DNA from: Escherichia coli
Lineage (GTDB): Bacteria; Pseudomonadota; Gammaproteobacteria; Enterobacterales; Enterobacteriaceae
NCBI RefSeq assembly: GCF_030384885.1
Contig: NZ_CP128613.1
Strand: one strand, 5' to 3'
DNA: 64,000 nt
Below are positions 13,066 to 22,117 of this stretch, piece after piece. The notes below the pieces were generated by a model. That model made no database searches. It had not been told where the DNA came from and worked only from the letters and a program-made list of their open reading frames with translations. How positions within the stretch are numbered: position 1 is the first letter of the stretch; each line of letters starts with the position of its first letter. Both the position numbers and the translations under genes were made by a program.

Positions 13066-14556
13066 ATGTTTGAAAGTGAACTTTTAACTCAGGGGTTTTC
13101 GACATTACTCAGTAATCCTCAGGCGCTGCTGTTTGCCACGTTTGGAGTGATACTGGGTATTATGATTGGCGCTCTGCCTGGCCTGACAGCGACCATGGGT
13201 GTGGCGATTTTGCTGCCTTTCACCTACGGCATGGAGCCTGTTTCTGGCTTGTTGATGATTTGCGGTGTCTTTTTTGGTGGTGTGTATGGTGGTTCTATCA
13301 CCGCAATTTTGCTCAAAATTCCCGGTACGCCTGCCGCCGCTGCCACCGCCATTGACGGTTATGAGTTAACGAAGCAGGGAAAAGCCGGGCTGGCATTAAG
13401 TGCCGCCACGTTCTCTTCTTTTAGCGGTGGAACGCTCAGCATTATCGTATTGATGTTTCTCTCTCCGGTACTTGCCAGTTGGGCGTTGAAATTTAGTGCC
13501 TCGGAGTCCTTCGCCCTGGCAACCTTCGGACTAAGTATTATTGCCAGTATTTCCGGTGAGTCACTGATTAAAGGGCTGATTGCCGGGGTTGGCGGATTAC
13601 TGATCGCAACGATAGGCCTCGATCCGATGGGCGGTTTTCCACGCTTTACGGGCGGGTTTGTGGAACTGATGAATGTGCCATTTATCCCGGTGATGATTGG
13701 TCTGTTTGCTGCTTCAGAAGCGTTCCGTTCTATGGAACAAAATCAGCATATTCGTCAGAGCGCGAACGTGGCTATCGGCAGTCTGTTACTGCCCTGGCAA
13801 ACGCTACGCCGCATCGCATTAACCATTTTGCGCTCATCAGGATTAGGGGTTTTTATCGGCATGATCCCCGGTGCGGGGGCAGATATTGCAGCTTTTGTTG
13901 CCTATAACGAAACTCGTCGTTTCAGTAAGACGCCTGAAAACTTTGGTAAGGGTGAGATTAAGGCGGTGGCCTCCTGTGAGGCAGGCGCGAATGGCTGCAC
14001 CGGTGGCGCATTGTTACCTATGCTGACGTTGGGGATCCCAGGCGATGCGGTAACTGCCATCATGCTGGGCGCGTTAACGTTACAAGGGATGCAGCCAGGC
14101 CCACTGATGTTTACCGACCACGGCGATATGGTTTATACGCTGTTTGTCGGCATGATCTTTTGTTACTTCATGCTGCTAGTTCTTGGACTGCTCTCTTTGA
14201 AAGTCATCGGTAACGTGGTGAAGATCCCCGGCAATATTCTCACGCCGATGATCCTCGCACTTTGTGTGGTCGGGACTTATGCGTTGAACAATAGCCTGTT
14301 TGATGTTGGCATTATGCTGATTGCAGGCGTGGTGGGCTATTTCATGCAAAAAGGGGGGTATCCGGCATCACCCGTAGTGCTGGCATTGATTATGGGGCCA
14401 ATGGCGGAAAGTAATTTTCGCCGTGCGCTGTCGCTTTCTGGTGGGTCACTCGACTTTCTGTATACCCGACCGATAACCCTGGCATTGCTGACACTGGCAG
14501 CCTTTACGCTACTGACGCCAATAATACGCAAAATTATGCGCTTACGGCGTCAGTAA
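13066..14556 (+). CDS. tctA: Tripartite tricarboxylate transporter large permease (TctA family)
   Basis: 496 aa polytopic membrane protein; TctA-like glycine-rich hydrophobic segments. Confidence 0.85.
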   Translation: MFESELLTQGFSTLLSNPQALLFATFGVILGIMIGALPGLTATMGVAILLPFTYGMEPVSGLLMICGVFFGGVYGGSITAILLKIPGTPAAAATAIDGYELTKQGKAGLALSAATFSSFSGGTLSIIVLMFLSPVLASWALKFSASESFALATFGLSIIASISGESLIKGLIAGVGGLLIATIGLDPMGGFPRFTGGFVELMNVPFIPVMIGLFAASEAFRSMEQNQHIRQSANVAIGSLLLPWQTLRRIALTILRSSGLGVFIGMIPGAGADIAAFVAYNETRRFSKTPENFGKGEIKAVASCEAGANGCTGGALLPMLTLGIPGDAVTAIMLGALTLQGMQPGPLMFTDHGDMVYTLFVGMIFCYFMLLVLGLLSLKVIGNVVKIPGNILTPMILALCVVGTYALNNSLFDVGIMLIAGVVGYFMQKGGYPASPVVLALIMGPMAESNFRRALSLSGGSLDFLYTRPITLALLTLAAFTLLTPIIRKIMRLRRQ

Positions 14557-14610
14557 TTGATATCGCTCCCCGACGTTGGGGAGTATGAGACTGATGACAA
14601 ACGCTAAATT

Positions 14611-14710
14611 GCCTGATGCGCTGCGCTTATCAGGCCTACCACAGAAATGCAATATATTGAATTTGCATGCTTTTGTAGGCCGGGTAAGGCGATCACGCCG
14701 CATCCGGCAT
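14611..14710. repeat. REP/BIME cluster (two inverted REP units: GCCTGATGCGCTGCGCTTATCAGGCCTAC ... GTAGGCCGGGTAAGGCGATCACGCCGCATCCGGCA)
   Basis: Characteristic enterobacterial REP palindromes read from the sequence. Confidence 0.6.
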
Positions 14711-14741
14711 GAACAAAGCACACGTTAACAACAATCGGAAT

Positions 14742-14768
14742 GCTCCCCTAAGCCAGGGAGCTTTTTTT
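14742..14768 (+). terminator. Hairpin (GCTCCC..GGGAGC) followed by T7 run; rho-independent terminator between the tct operon and the 3' end of udp
   Basis: Stem-loop plus U-tract on the + strand, immediately abutting the udp stop. Confidence 0.4.
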
Positions 14769-15531
14769 ATTTCAGCAGACGACGCGCCGCTTCCACCACG
14801 ATTTTCACCGCCTGGCTTTCGGTTTGTTTCATCGTCTCAGCATTCGGGATCTCTTGTTGGGTACGATTGACGATAACGCCCGCCACCATACCGGCACGAA
14901 GGCCCTGGCTTGCACACATGGTCAGCAGGGTTGCAGATTCCATTTCATAGTTCATTACGCCCATCGCCTGCCACTCTTCCATAGAACCTTTAAAGTGACG
15001 GACTACGCGACCAGAGTAAGTATCGTAACGTTCCTGACCCGGGTAGAAGGTATCAGAAGAAGCCGTCACACCAACGTGAGTGGTGGCACCAATTGACTTC
15101 GCCGCTTCAACCAGCGCGGTCGTACATTCGAAATCTGCGACAGCCGGGAACTCCAGCGGAGCGAAGTGCAGGCTCGCGCCATCCAGACGAACAGACGCCG
15201 TGGTCACCAGCACATCGCCGACATTGATATGCGGCTGGATAGCGCCCGTTGTACCGATACGCAGGAAGGTGCGAATGCCCAGCTGTGCCAGCTCTTCAAC
15301 CGCAATAGAGGTAGACGGGCCGCCGATACCGGTAGAGCAGACGATAACAGGTTTACCATCCAGCTCTGCACGCCAGGTGGTGAATTCGCGGTGAGATGCC
15401 AGCTTAACCGGCTTATCCATCAGCGCGGCGATCTTTTCCACACGATCCGGGTCGCCAGGGACGATGGCAAGCGTAGCCCCTTGTAAATCGTTTTTAGTGA
15501 GGCCGAGATGAAAAACATCAGACTTGGACAT
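14767..15531 (-). CDS. udp: Uridine phosphorylase
   Basis: ORF 14767..15537; start trimmed to [31 protein letters not shown] (253 aa). Confidence 0.95.
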   Translation of the reverse strand: MSKSDVFHLGLTKNDLQGATLAIVPGDPDRVEKIAALMDKPVKLASHREFTTWRAELDGKPVIVCSTGIGGPSTSIAVEELAQLGIRTFLRIGTTGAIQPHINVGDVLVTTASVRLDGASLHFAPLEFPAVADFECTTALVEAAKSIGATTHVGVTASSDTFYPGQERYDTYSGRVVRHFKGSMEEWQAMGVMNYEMESATLLTMCASQGLRAGMVAGVIVNRTQQEIPNAETMKQTESQAVKIVVEAARRLLK

Positions 15532-15603
15532 ATACAACTCCTCTGTGAATCGGTTTAGTCAGAAGAAGCAAAAAGACACTTTACCGAAGGGTTTAACATT
15601 TTT

Positions 15604-15619
15604 TCGTGACACTCATCAC
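15604..15619. promoter_or_regulatory. CRP-like site (GTGA-N6-TCAC) in the udp promoter region, promoter-proximal
   Basis: cGTGAcactcaTCACc; spaced about 54 bp from the second site, consistent with the known tandem CRP arrangement of the udp promoter. Confidence 0.5.
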
Positions 15620-15657
15620 CTTGATGCAAATGCGTTGCATAAATTTACCCAGCAAAA

Positions 15658-15673
15658 GTGATGCGAATCACAT
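15658..15673. promoter_or_regulatory. CRP-like site in the udp promoter region, promoter-distal
   Basis: Reverse complement reads aTGTGAttcgcaTCAC. Confidence 0.5.
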
Positions 15674-15792
15674 AAATCACTCTTCATTCTGCATGACTGC
15701 ATAAAAGATGAGCCGATTCAGGCAATGTGATTTGTTGCATGCTGACTATAGTTAACATTGCGCAACATTTTTATAAGGGTACGGAGAATACC

Positions 15793-16605
15793 ATGGCAAC
15801 AACACAACAATCTGGATTTGCACCTGCTGCATCACCTCTCGCTTCGACCATCGTTCAGACCCCGGATGACGCGATTGTAGCAGGCATCACCTCTATCCCT
15901 TCACAAGGGGATAACATGCCTGCTTACCATGCCAGACCAAAGCAGAGCGATGGCCTACTACCAGTGGTCATTGTAGTGCAGGAAATTTTTGGCGTGCATG
16001 AACATATCCGCGATATTTGTCGCCGTCTGGCGCTGGAGGGGTATCTGGCTATCGCACCTGAACTTTACTTCCGCGAAGGCGATCCGAATGATTTTGCCGA
16101 TATCCCTACGCTGCTTAGCGGTCTGGTAGCAAAAGTGCCTGACTCGCAGGTGCTGGCCGATCTCGATCATGTCGCCAGTTGGGCGTCACGCAACGGCGGC
16201 GATGTTCATCGCTTAATGATCACCGGATTTTGCTGGGGTGGACGTATCACCTGGCTATATGCTGCGCATAACCCGCAACTGAAAGCGGCGGTGGCATGGT
16301 ACGGCAAACTGACAGGCGATAAGTCGCTGAATTCACCGAAACAACCTGTTGATATCGCAACCGATCTTAACGCGCCGGTTCTCGGCTTATATGGTGGTCA
16401 GGATAACAGCATTCCGCAGGAGAGCGTTGAAACCATGCGCCAGGCGCTGCGGGCTGCTAATGCGAAAGCAGAGATTATCGTCTACCCGGATGCCGGGCAT
16501 GCATTCAACGCCGATTATCGCCCGAGCTATCATGCTGAGTCGGCGAAAGATGGCTGGCAGCGTATGCTGGAGTGGTTTAAGCGGTATGGTGGGAAACGGA
16601 ATTAG
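15793..16605 (+). CDS. ysgA: Dienelactone hydrolase-family protein YsgA (DlhH)
   Basis: ORF 15727..16605; start trimmed to MATTQQSGFAPAASPLAS...; alpha/beta hydrolase motif GFCWGG. Confidence 0.85.
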   Translation: MATTQQSGFAPAASPLASTIVQTPDDAIVAGITSIPSQGDNMPAYHARPKQSDGLLPVVIVVQEIFGVHEHIRDICRRLALEGYLAIAPELYFREGDPNDFADIPTLLSGLVAKVPDSQVLADLDHVASWASRNGGDVHRLMITGFCWGGRITWLYAAHNPQLKAAVAWYGKLTGDKSLNSPKQPVDIATDLNAPVLGLYGGQDNSIPQESVETMRQALRAANAKAEIIVYPDAGHAFNADYRPSYHAESAKDGWQRMLEWFKRYGGKRN

Positions 16606-16996
16606 TTTCCTCTTATTCTATATTTGAGATGGTGAGTGAACGAATGCGTTTTGCTGCCATCTCTGTCCCCCAAAAAATAATCAGTATGAATTGATTGGAG
16701 AGCACGACTCCGCTATTTGACCTTAAGAAAGTCGGCAAGTCATAGTCATAAATGAGTCTCTTCACTGGCAGACACCTTAAAGATTTACCATCAACTCCCA
16801 TTCTCAAACAAACATTAATTATTATCAACACATTCACATTAATTATAAATTACCTCAGACCTTCCTGATAAAAAGATATTAAAGTGAAACATTTTGTTTT
16901 TCACATTTTAGTTCATCCCTTTTAGGCGTAAATAAAGGTAAAAAATAACAATACTATTTTTCTTTCACAAAAAAATTAACAAAAGGTTTTTCAAGG

Positions 16997-18145
16997 ATGA
17001 GTGATATTATCTACCTGACCATAACCGGAGAACAACACGGATGTATTTCCTCTCGTTGTGGAACGAGCACATCAATAGGTAATCGCTGGCAGATTGGTCA
17101 TGAAGATGAAATCTTCGCATTCTCGCTCTCTAATAGTATTACGAATACAGGAAAAGGGTCACATTTGCATGGCCTTAGTTTCTGTAAGTTGATTGACAAA
17201 AGCTCCCCGTTACTTATTAACGCTATTAACAATAACGAGCAGTTGTTCATGGAGTTTGACTTCTATCGGATCAATAGATTTGGTCGATGGGAGAAATATT
17301 ACAACATTCAACTCCGCGGCGCGCTCTTATCAGCAATCAATCACCTGTTTACGGAGAACAATCTGGATACAGAAACCATCACTGTCAGTTATGAATATAT
17401 ACTCTCCAGGCATCTGATTGCTAATACTGAATTTAGTTATTTGGCATTTCCCGATAACTACAATCGTCTGTTTATACCACGGCCAAAAACTAAAGATGAT
17501 AATGGCCTCAAAACACTCAATAGTAAAGCTGTTGGCAGACTGCTTGCTGCTGGCGGCATATACAATGGGAATATCGAAGGATTCAGGGAAACAGCAAACA
17601 AGTTGGGGGGAGATGCACCTGCTGGTTACGATCAAGTTATGGATAACAAAGGGTTACTCATCGCTGGTGCTTCAATAGTTGCTGGAGCAGTTCTGGGGAG
17701 AATGAGACTCCCTGATTTGGAATCACTTGAGCATTTCGGAGCCAGAGGAGCAGTATCAGGAAGACCATTTAATCCCGACCTTGCCGGTGGTCCAATAGAA
17801 AATCTGACGACAGATGGCGTAACAATCAACAGGGAAGGTATCGCTATTGTTGAAAAACACATAGCCAGATTTGGTCATGACCCTGTAAATGAAGTGATGA
17901 TCAATAGACTGAAAGACATTGAGAAAGGAAAAATCCCCCCAGAACAAGTAGATCTTAACTTCTATACTCATGAATGTCGGGAATATCAGCGTTACTGTAA
18001 TCTTGGTTGGGAAACAGGACAACCTGATGGTGACGCAGGCTATGCACTCTGGAATCATACGCATACTGCTACTCTAGAAGATTATAAACTTAAGGGAGAA
18101 CTTAATGACTTATACCACCAGGACGCACTTGACTATGATAACTGA
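16997..18145 (+). CDS. Hcp (T6SS tube protein TssD) N-terminal domain fused to a C-terminal extension of unknown function, Hcp-ET-like; not associated with a T6SS gene cluster
   Basis: 382 aa; residues 1-155 carry the Hcp hallmark ...HGLSFCKLIDKSSPLLINAINNNEQLFMEFDFYRI...; residues about 156-382 are an extension with no Hcp counterpart; RBS AAGGA upstream; AT-rich. Confidence 0.75.
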   Translation: MSDIIYLTITGEQHGCISSRCGTSTSIGNRWQIGHEDEIFAFSLSNSITNTGKGSHLHGLSFCKLIDKSSPLLINAINNNEQLFMEFDFYRINRFGRWEKYYNIQLRGALLSAINHLFTENNLDTETITVSYEYILSRHLIANTEFSYLAFPDNYNRLFIPRPKTKDDNGLKTLNSKAVGRLLAAGGIYNGNIEGFRETANKLGGDAPAGYDQVMDNKGLLIAGASIVAGAVLGRMRLPDLESLEHFGARGAVSGRPFNPDLAGGPIENLTTDGVTINREGIAIVEKHIARFGHDPVNEVMINRLKDIEKGKIPPEQVDLNFYTHECREYQRYCNLGWETGQPDGDAGYALWNHTHTATLEDYKLKGELNDLYHQDALDYDN

Positions 18146-18380
18146 AACTGAAATTAACATACTGAAAGTTATGGCTGAGAAAGATATAAACTGGAACTGG
18201 ATGAATCTCGATCGCACACTATCTATAAGGCAAATTCCAGGATTCGGTAATGTTGTTAACATTGTTAACAAATTAGCTAACGAGGGTTTGGTTATTATTG
18301 AGGATAGCGGACATAAGTCTATGCCTCACTACCACGTTACTGATAAGGGATACAATCTCGTGAAAAGTGAGAATAAATAA
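18105..18380 (+). CDS. Small protein overlapping the 3' end of the Hcp-fusion gene; candidate cognate immunity protein (alternative start at 18135)
   Basis: 91 aa ORF with GGGAG RBS; overlaps the upstream stop, typical of toxin-immunity pairs; no recognisable family. Confidence 0.5.
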   Translation: MTYTTRTHLTMITETEINILKVMAEKDINWNWMNLDRTLSIRQIPGFGNVVNIVNKLANEGLVIIEDSGHKSMPHYHVTDKGYNLVKSENK

Positions 18381-18528
18381 CGTAGCGTTGATTACTGAAC
18401 AAATCGCTCAGGATTATATTTTGCGAAAAAAATGATTCGGTTATTTCTGTGTCTGAACGGCCGCAGATAGCAAAATGGCTTCCGGTGATGGAAGCCATCA
18501 GATTATTGGCAAAGTGCGTGTTGTTCAT

Positions 18529-18559
18529 GCCGGATGCGGCGTGAACGCCTTATCTGGCC
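18529..18559. repeat. REP element (GCCGGATGCGGCGTGAACGCCTTATCTGGCC)
   Basis: REP consensus palindrome downstream of metE. Confidence 0.55.
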
Positions 18560-18666
18560 AACTAAATCTTGAAAATTCAATAAATTGAATAAATTATGTA
18601 GACTTGGTATCAGGCAGTTTTGCCTCTTTCATCGTACTGCAATTTACAGTGACTCGTTAATACTCA

Positions 18667-20928
18667 TCACCCCCGACGCAAATTCTGCGCCGCCTGCACC
18701 ATGTTCGCCAGTGCCGCGCGGGTTTCTGGCCAGCCGCGCGTTTTCAGACCACAGTCCGGGTTGACCCACAGACGCTCTGCCGGAATGCGTTTTGCCGCTT
18801 TCTTCAGCAGGGCTTCAATCCATTCCACGCTCGGTACGTTTGGCGAGTGAATGTCATAGACGCCAGGACCGATTTCATTTGGATAATCAAACTCTTCAAA
18901 CGACTCCAGCAACTCCATGTCGGAACGCGAGGTTTCGATTGTGATGACGTCTGCGTCCAGCGCCGCAATCGAATCCATGATGTCGTTGAACTCGCAGTAA
19001 CACATGTGAGTGTGGATTTGCGTGTCATCTTTCGCTACGGCAGCGTTGATACGGAAAGCCTCCACGCCCCACTGGAGATAGGCATCCCAGTCGCTGCGAC
19101 GCAGCGGTAAACCTTCGCGTAGCGCCGGTTCATCAATCTGGATGATGCCAATTCCAGCGGCTTCCAGATCGGCCACTTCATCACGAAGCGCCAGCGCAAT
19201 TTGTTTGGCGATGGTTTCACGGCTGACATCTTCACGCGGGAACGACCAGCAGAGAATGGTCACCGGGCCAGTCAGCATCCCTTTCACCGGTTTGTCGGTC
19301 AGCGATTGCGCATACTTTGCCCACTCCACGGTAATCGGTGCCGGGCGGCTAACGTCACCAATGACAATCGGCGGTTTCACGCAGCGGGAACCGTAGCTCT
19401 GTACCCAACCGTTTTGTGTAAAGACAAAACCGTCGAGGTGCTCACCAAAGTATTCCACCATGTCATTACGCTCGGCCTCACCATGCACCAGCACATCCAG
19501 ACCCAGACGTTCCTGCTCAACAATGGCCTGCTTGATATGTTCTGCAATGCCCGTACGATAGTTGTTGGCGTCGAGATTACCCTTTTTGAAATCCAGACGC
19601 AGGGTACGGATTTCTGTGGTTTGCGGGAAAGAGCCAATCGTGGTGGTCGGCCACGCGGGCAGTTTAAAACGCGCACGCTGGGCTTCAGCACGCACTTCAT
19701 AGACATTCGCACGCTGACTGTCCTGGGCGGTGATCGCCGCCAGACGCTTTTCTACTGCCGGATTATGTACACGAGTAGAGTGACGACGCGCCTGAATCGG
19801 TGCACTCCACTCTGCCAGAGCTGCCGTGTCACCACTGTTCAGCGCATCGCGCAGCAATGCCAGTTCATGGCATTTTTGCAGGGCGAAGGCAAACCAGCTT
19901 TTCACTTCTGCATCAAGACGCGTTTCCACGCTCAGGTCGATAGGGCTGTGCAGCAATGAGCAGGAAGATGCCACCCACAAATCACGTTTGCCGACAATGT
20001 CCTTAATTTGCGCATATTTCTCGGTAAGATCGGCGCGCCAGACGTTACGACCATTGATAAGACCCGCAGACAGCAGCCAGTCAGAAGGCAGACGCTTGTG
20101 CAGTTCAGCAACGTCATCTTTACCATGTACGAGATCGACATGCAGCCCCTGAACAGGCAGCGCAGTAATGGTGTCGAGGTTTGGCGTTACGCCTTCAAAA
20201 TAGGTGGTCAGCAGCAGTTTCACCTGGCCCTGGAGCGCGTCGTAAGCGGGTTTATAGGCGTCCAGCCACGCCTGCGGCAGTTCCAGCACCAGTGCGGGTT
20301 CGTCGATCTGTACCCACTCAATGCCACGTTTTGCCAGTTCTGCCAACACTTGCTGATAAACCGGCAGAATGTCGTTTAGCAGGCTCAGGCGATCAAACTG
20401 TTCACCTTTCACTTTACCCAGCCACAGGTAGGTAACCGGTCCCAGCAGCACGGGCTTGACCTTGTGGCCCAGCGCCAGCGCCTCGTCCACTTCCTCCAGC
20501 AGCTGCGTCCAGGTCAGTTTGAACTGTTGGCCTTTAACGAACTCCGGCACCATGTAGTGATAGTTGGTGTTAAACCATTTGGTCATTTCCGCTGCCGCCG
20601 CAGGTTCGCCAGTCGGCGCACGTCCACGACCAATACGGAACAGGGTGTCGATATCTACCGAACCATCTTTGTTCTGATGACGTGGCGGAACGTTACCCAG
20701 CAGCAGACTGGTGGTCAGTACATGATCGTACCAGGCAAAATCGCCCACCGGCAGCAGGTCGATACCCGCTTGCTTTTGTTGATCCCAGTGACGAGCACGC
20801 AGTTCACGCCCTACCGCCAGCAGTTCTTCACGCGTGGTGTTCCCGGCCCAATAACTCTCTTGCGCTTTTTTCAGCTCGCGACGCAGGCCAACGCGAGGGA
20901 AACCGAGGGTGTGATTCAATATTGTCAT
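18667..20928 (-). CDS. metE: Cobalamin-independent methionine synthase
   Basis: 753 aa [30 protein letters not shown]... Confidence 0.95.
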   Translation of the reverse strand: MTILNHTLGFPRVGLRRELKKAQESYWAGNTTREELLAVGRELRARHWDQQKQAGIDLLPVGDFAWYDHVLTTSLLLGNVPPRHQNKDGSVDIDTLFRIGRGRAPTGEPAAAAEMTKWFNTNYHYMVPEFVKGQQFKLTWTQLLEEVDEALALGHKVKPVLLGPVTYLWLGKVKGEQFDRLSLLNDILPVYQQVLAELAKRGIEWVQIDEPALVLELPQAWLDAYKPAYDALQGQVKLLLTTYFEGVTPNLDTITALPVQGLHVDLVHGKDDVAELHKRLPSDWLLSAGLINGRNVWRADLTEKYAQIKDIVGKRDLWVASSCSLLHSPIDLSVETRLDAEVKSWFAFALQKCHELALLRDALNSGDTAALAEWSAPIQARRHSTRVHNPAVEKRLAAITAQDSQRANVYEVRAEAQRARFKLPAWPTTTIGSFPQTTEIRTLRLDFKKGNLDANNYRTGIAEHIKQAIVEQERLGLDVLVHGEAERNDMVEYFGEHLDGFVFTQNGWVQSYGSRCVKPPIVIGDVSRPAPITVEWAKYAQSLTDKPVKGMLTGPVTILCWSFPREDVSRETIAKQIALALRDEVADLEAAGIGIIQIDEPALREGLPLRRSDWDAYLQWGVEAFRINAAVAKDDTQIHTHMCYCEFNDIMDSIAALDADVITIETSRSDMELLESFEEFDYPNEIGPGVYDIHSPNVPSVEWIEALLKKAAKRIPAERLWVNPDCGLKTRGWPETRAALANMVQAAQNLRRG

Positions 20929-21163
20929 TTTTCTTCCTCTAATTATATGTAAATCCTATGGATTTTGAATTTAGGGAAGGCGGCAAGTTTATTCATCCCC
21001 GGGAGCTTACTGAAGTAAGTGACCGGGGTGAAGAAACGCAGCCAACGCACCATAAATTTAAAAGACGAAGGATTTTAGCCGTCCAGATGTTTACACATCC
21101 ATAATTGGCGGTTACTGTATATTCCTCAAGCGCAAATTATTCATGCCGAAGTGAAGGACTTTC

Positions 21164-22117
21164 ATGATCGAAGTAAAACACCTGAAAACGCTACAAGCGT
21201 TGCGGAACTGCGGCTCACTCGCAGCCGCTGCGGCGACGTTGCATCAAACGCAATCCGCCCTGTCTCACCAGTTTAGCGATCTGGAACAACGCCTTGGCTT
21301 CCGGCTATTTGTGCGTAAAAGCCAGCCGCTTCGGTTTACACCGCAGGGAGAAATCCTGTTGCAACTGGCGAATCAGGTGCTGCCGCAAATCAGCCAGGCA
21401 CTGCAAGCCTGCAATGAACCGCAGCAGACGCGCCTGCGCATTGCCATTGAGTGCCATAGCTGTATTCAGTGGCTGACGCCCGCGTTAGAAAATTTCCATA
21501 AGAACTGGCCGCAGGTGGAGATGGATTTTAAATCGGGCGTGACGTTTGACCCGCAGCCCGCGTTGCAGCAGGGTGAGCTGGATCTGGTGATGACCTCCGA
21601 TATTCTGCCGCGCAGTGGCCTGCATTATTCGCCGATGTTCGATTATGAAGTGCGTCTGGTGTTGGCACCTGACCATCCACTGGCGACAAAAACGCGAATC
21701 ACGCCGGAAGATCTCGCCAGCGAAACGCTGTTGATTTATCCGGTGCAGCGTAGCCGACTGGATGTCTGGCGGCATTTTCTTCAGCCCGCAGGCGTTAGCC
21801 CGTCACTGAAAAGCGTCGATAACACCTTGTTGTTGATTCAGATGGTTGCCGCGCGGATGGGCATCGCTGCGCTACCGCACTGGGTGGTGGAGAGTTTTGA
21901 ACGCCAGGGTCTGGTGGTCACCAAAACCCTGGGCGAAGGCTTGTGGAGCCGACTGTACGCCGCCGTGCGCGATGGCGAGCAGCGTCAGCCGATTACAGAA
22001 GCGTTTATTCGCTCAGCGCGCAATCACGCCTGCGATCATCTGCCGTTTGTGAAGAGCGCGGAGCGACCCACTTACGATGCACCCACAGTGAGGCCAGGAT
22101 CACCAGCGCGCCTGTAA
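21164..22117 (+). CDS. metR: LysR-family regulator MetR
   Basis: 317 aa [45 protein letters not shown]... Confidence 0.95.
   Translation: MIEVKHLKTLQALRNCGSLAAAAATLHQTQSALSHQFSDLEQRLGFRLFVRKSQPLRFTPQGEILLQLANQVLPQISQALQACNEPQQTRLRIAIECHSCIQWLTPALENFHKNWPQVEMDFKSGVTFDPQPALQQGELDLVMTSDILPRSGLHYSPMFDYEVRLVLAPDHPLATKTRITPEDLASETLLIYPVQRSRLDVWRHFLQPAGVSPSLKSVDNTLLLIQMVAARMGIAALPHWVVESFERQGLVVTKTLGEGLWSRLYAAVRDGEQRQPITEAFIRSARNHACDHLPFVKSAERPTYDAPTVRPGSPARL

Noticed and set aside
16613-16837. 74-aa reverse-strand ORF in the AT-rich region upstream of the Hcp-fusion gene
   Set aside because: Low-complexity, AT-driven ORF with no RBS and no family resemblance; more likely promoter/leader sequence.
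19201-19959. 252-aa ORF on the + strand inside metE (similar long antisense ORFs at 26890..27579 in recQ, 36410..37246 in uvrD/yigB, 51952..52704 in aslA, 44362..44913 in cyaA)
   Set aside because: They lie antisense to well-supported conserved genes, have no recognisable protein features and lack RBS context; typical shadow ORFs.
21050-21163. Possible MetJ boxes / MetR site in the metE-metR divergent region
   Set aside because: Degenerate 8-bp repeats (AGACGAAG, AGCCGTCC, AGATGTTT) are visible but too diverged from AGACGTCT to call by eye; needs a PWM scan.
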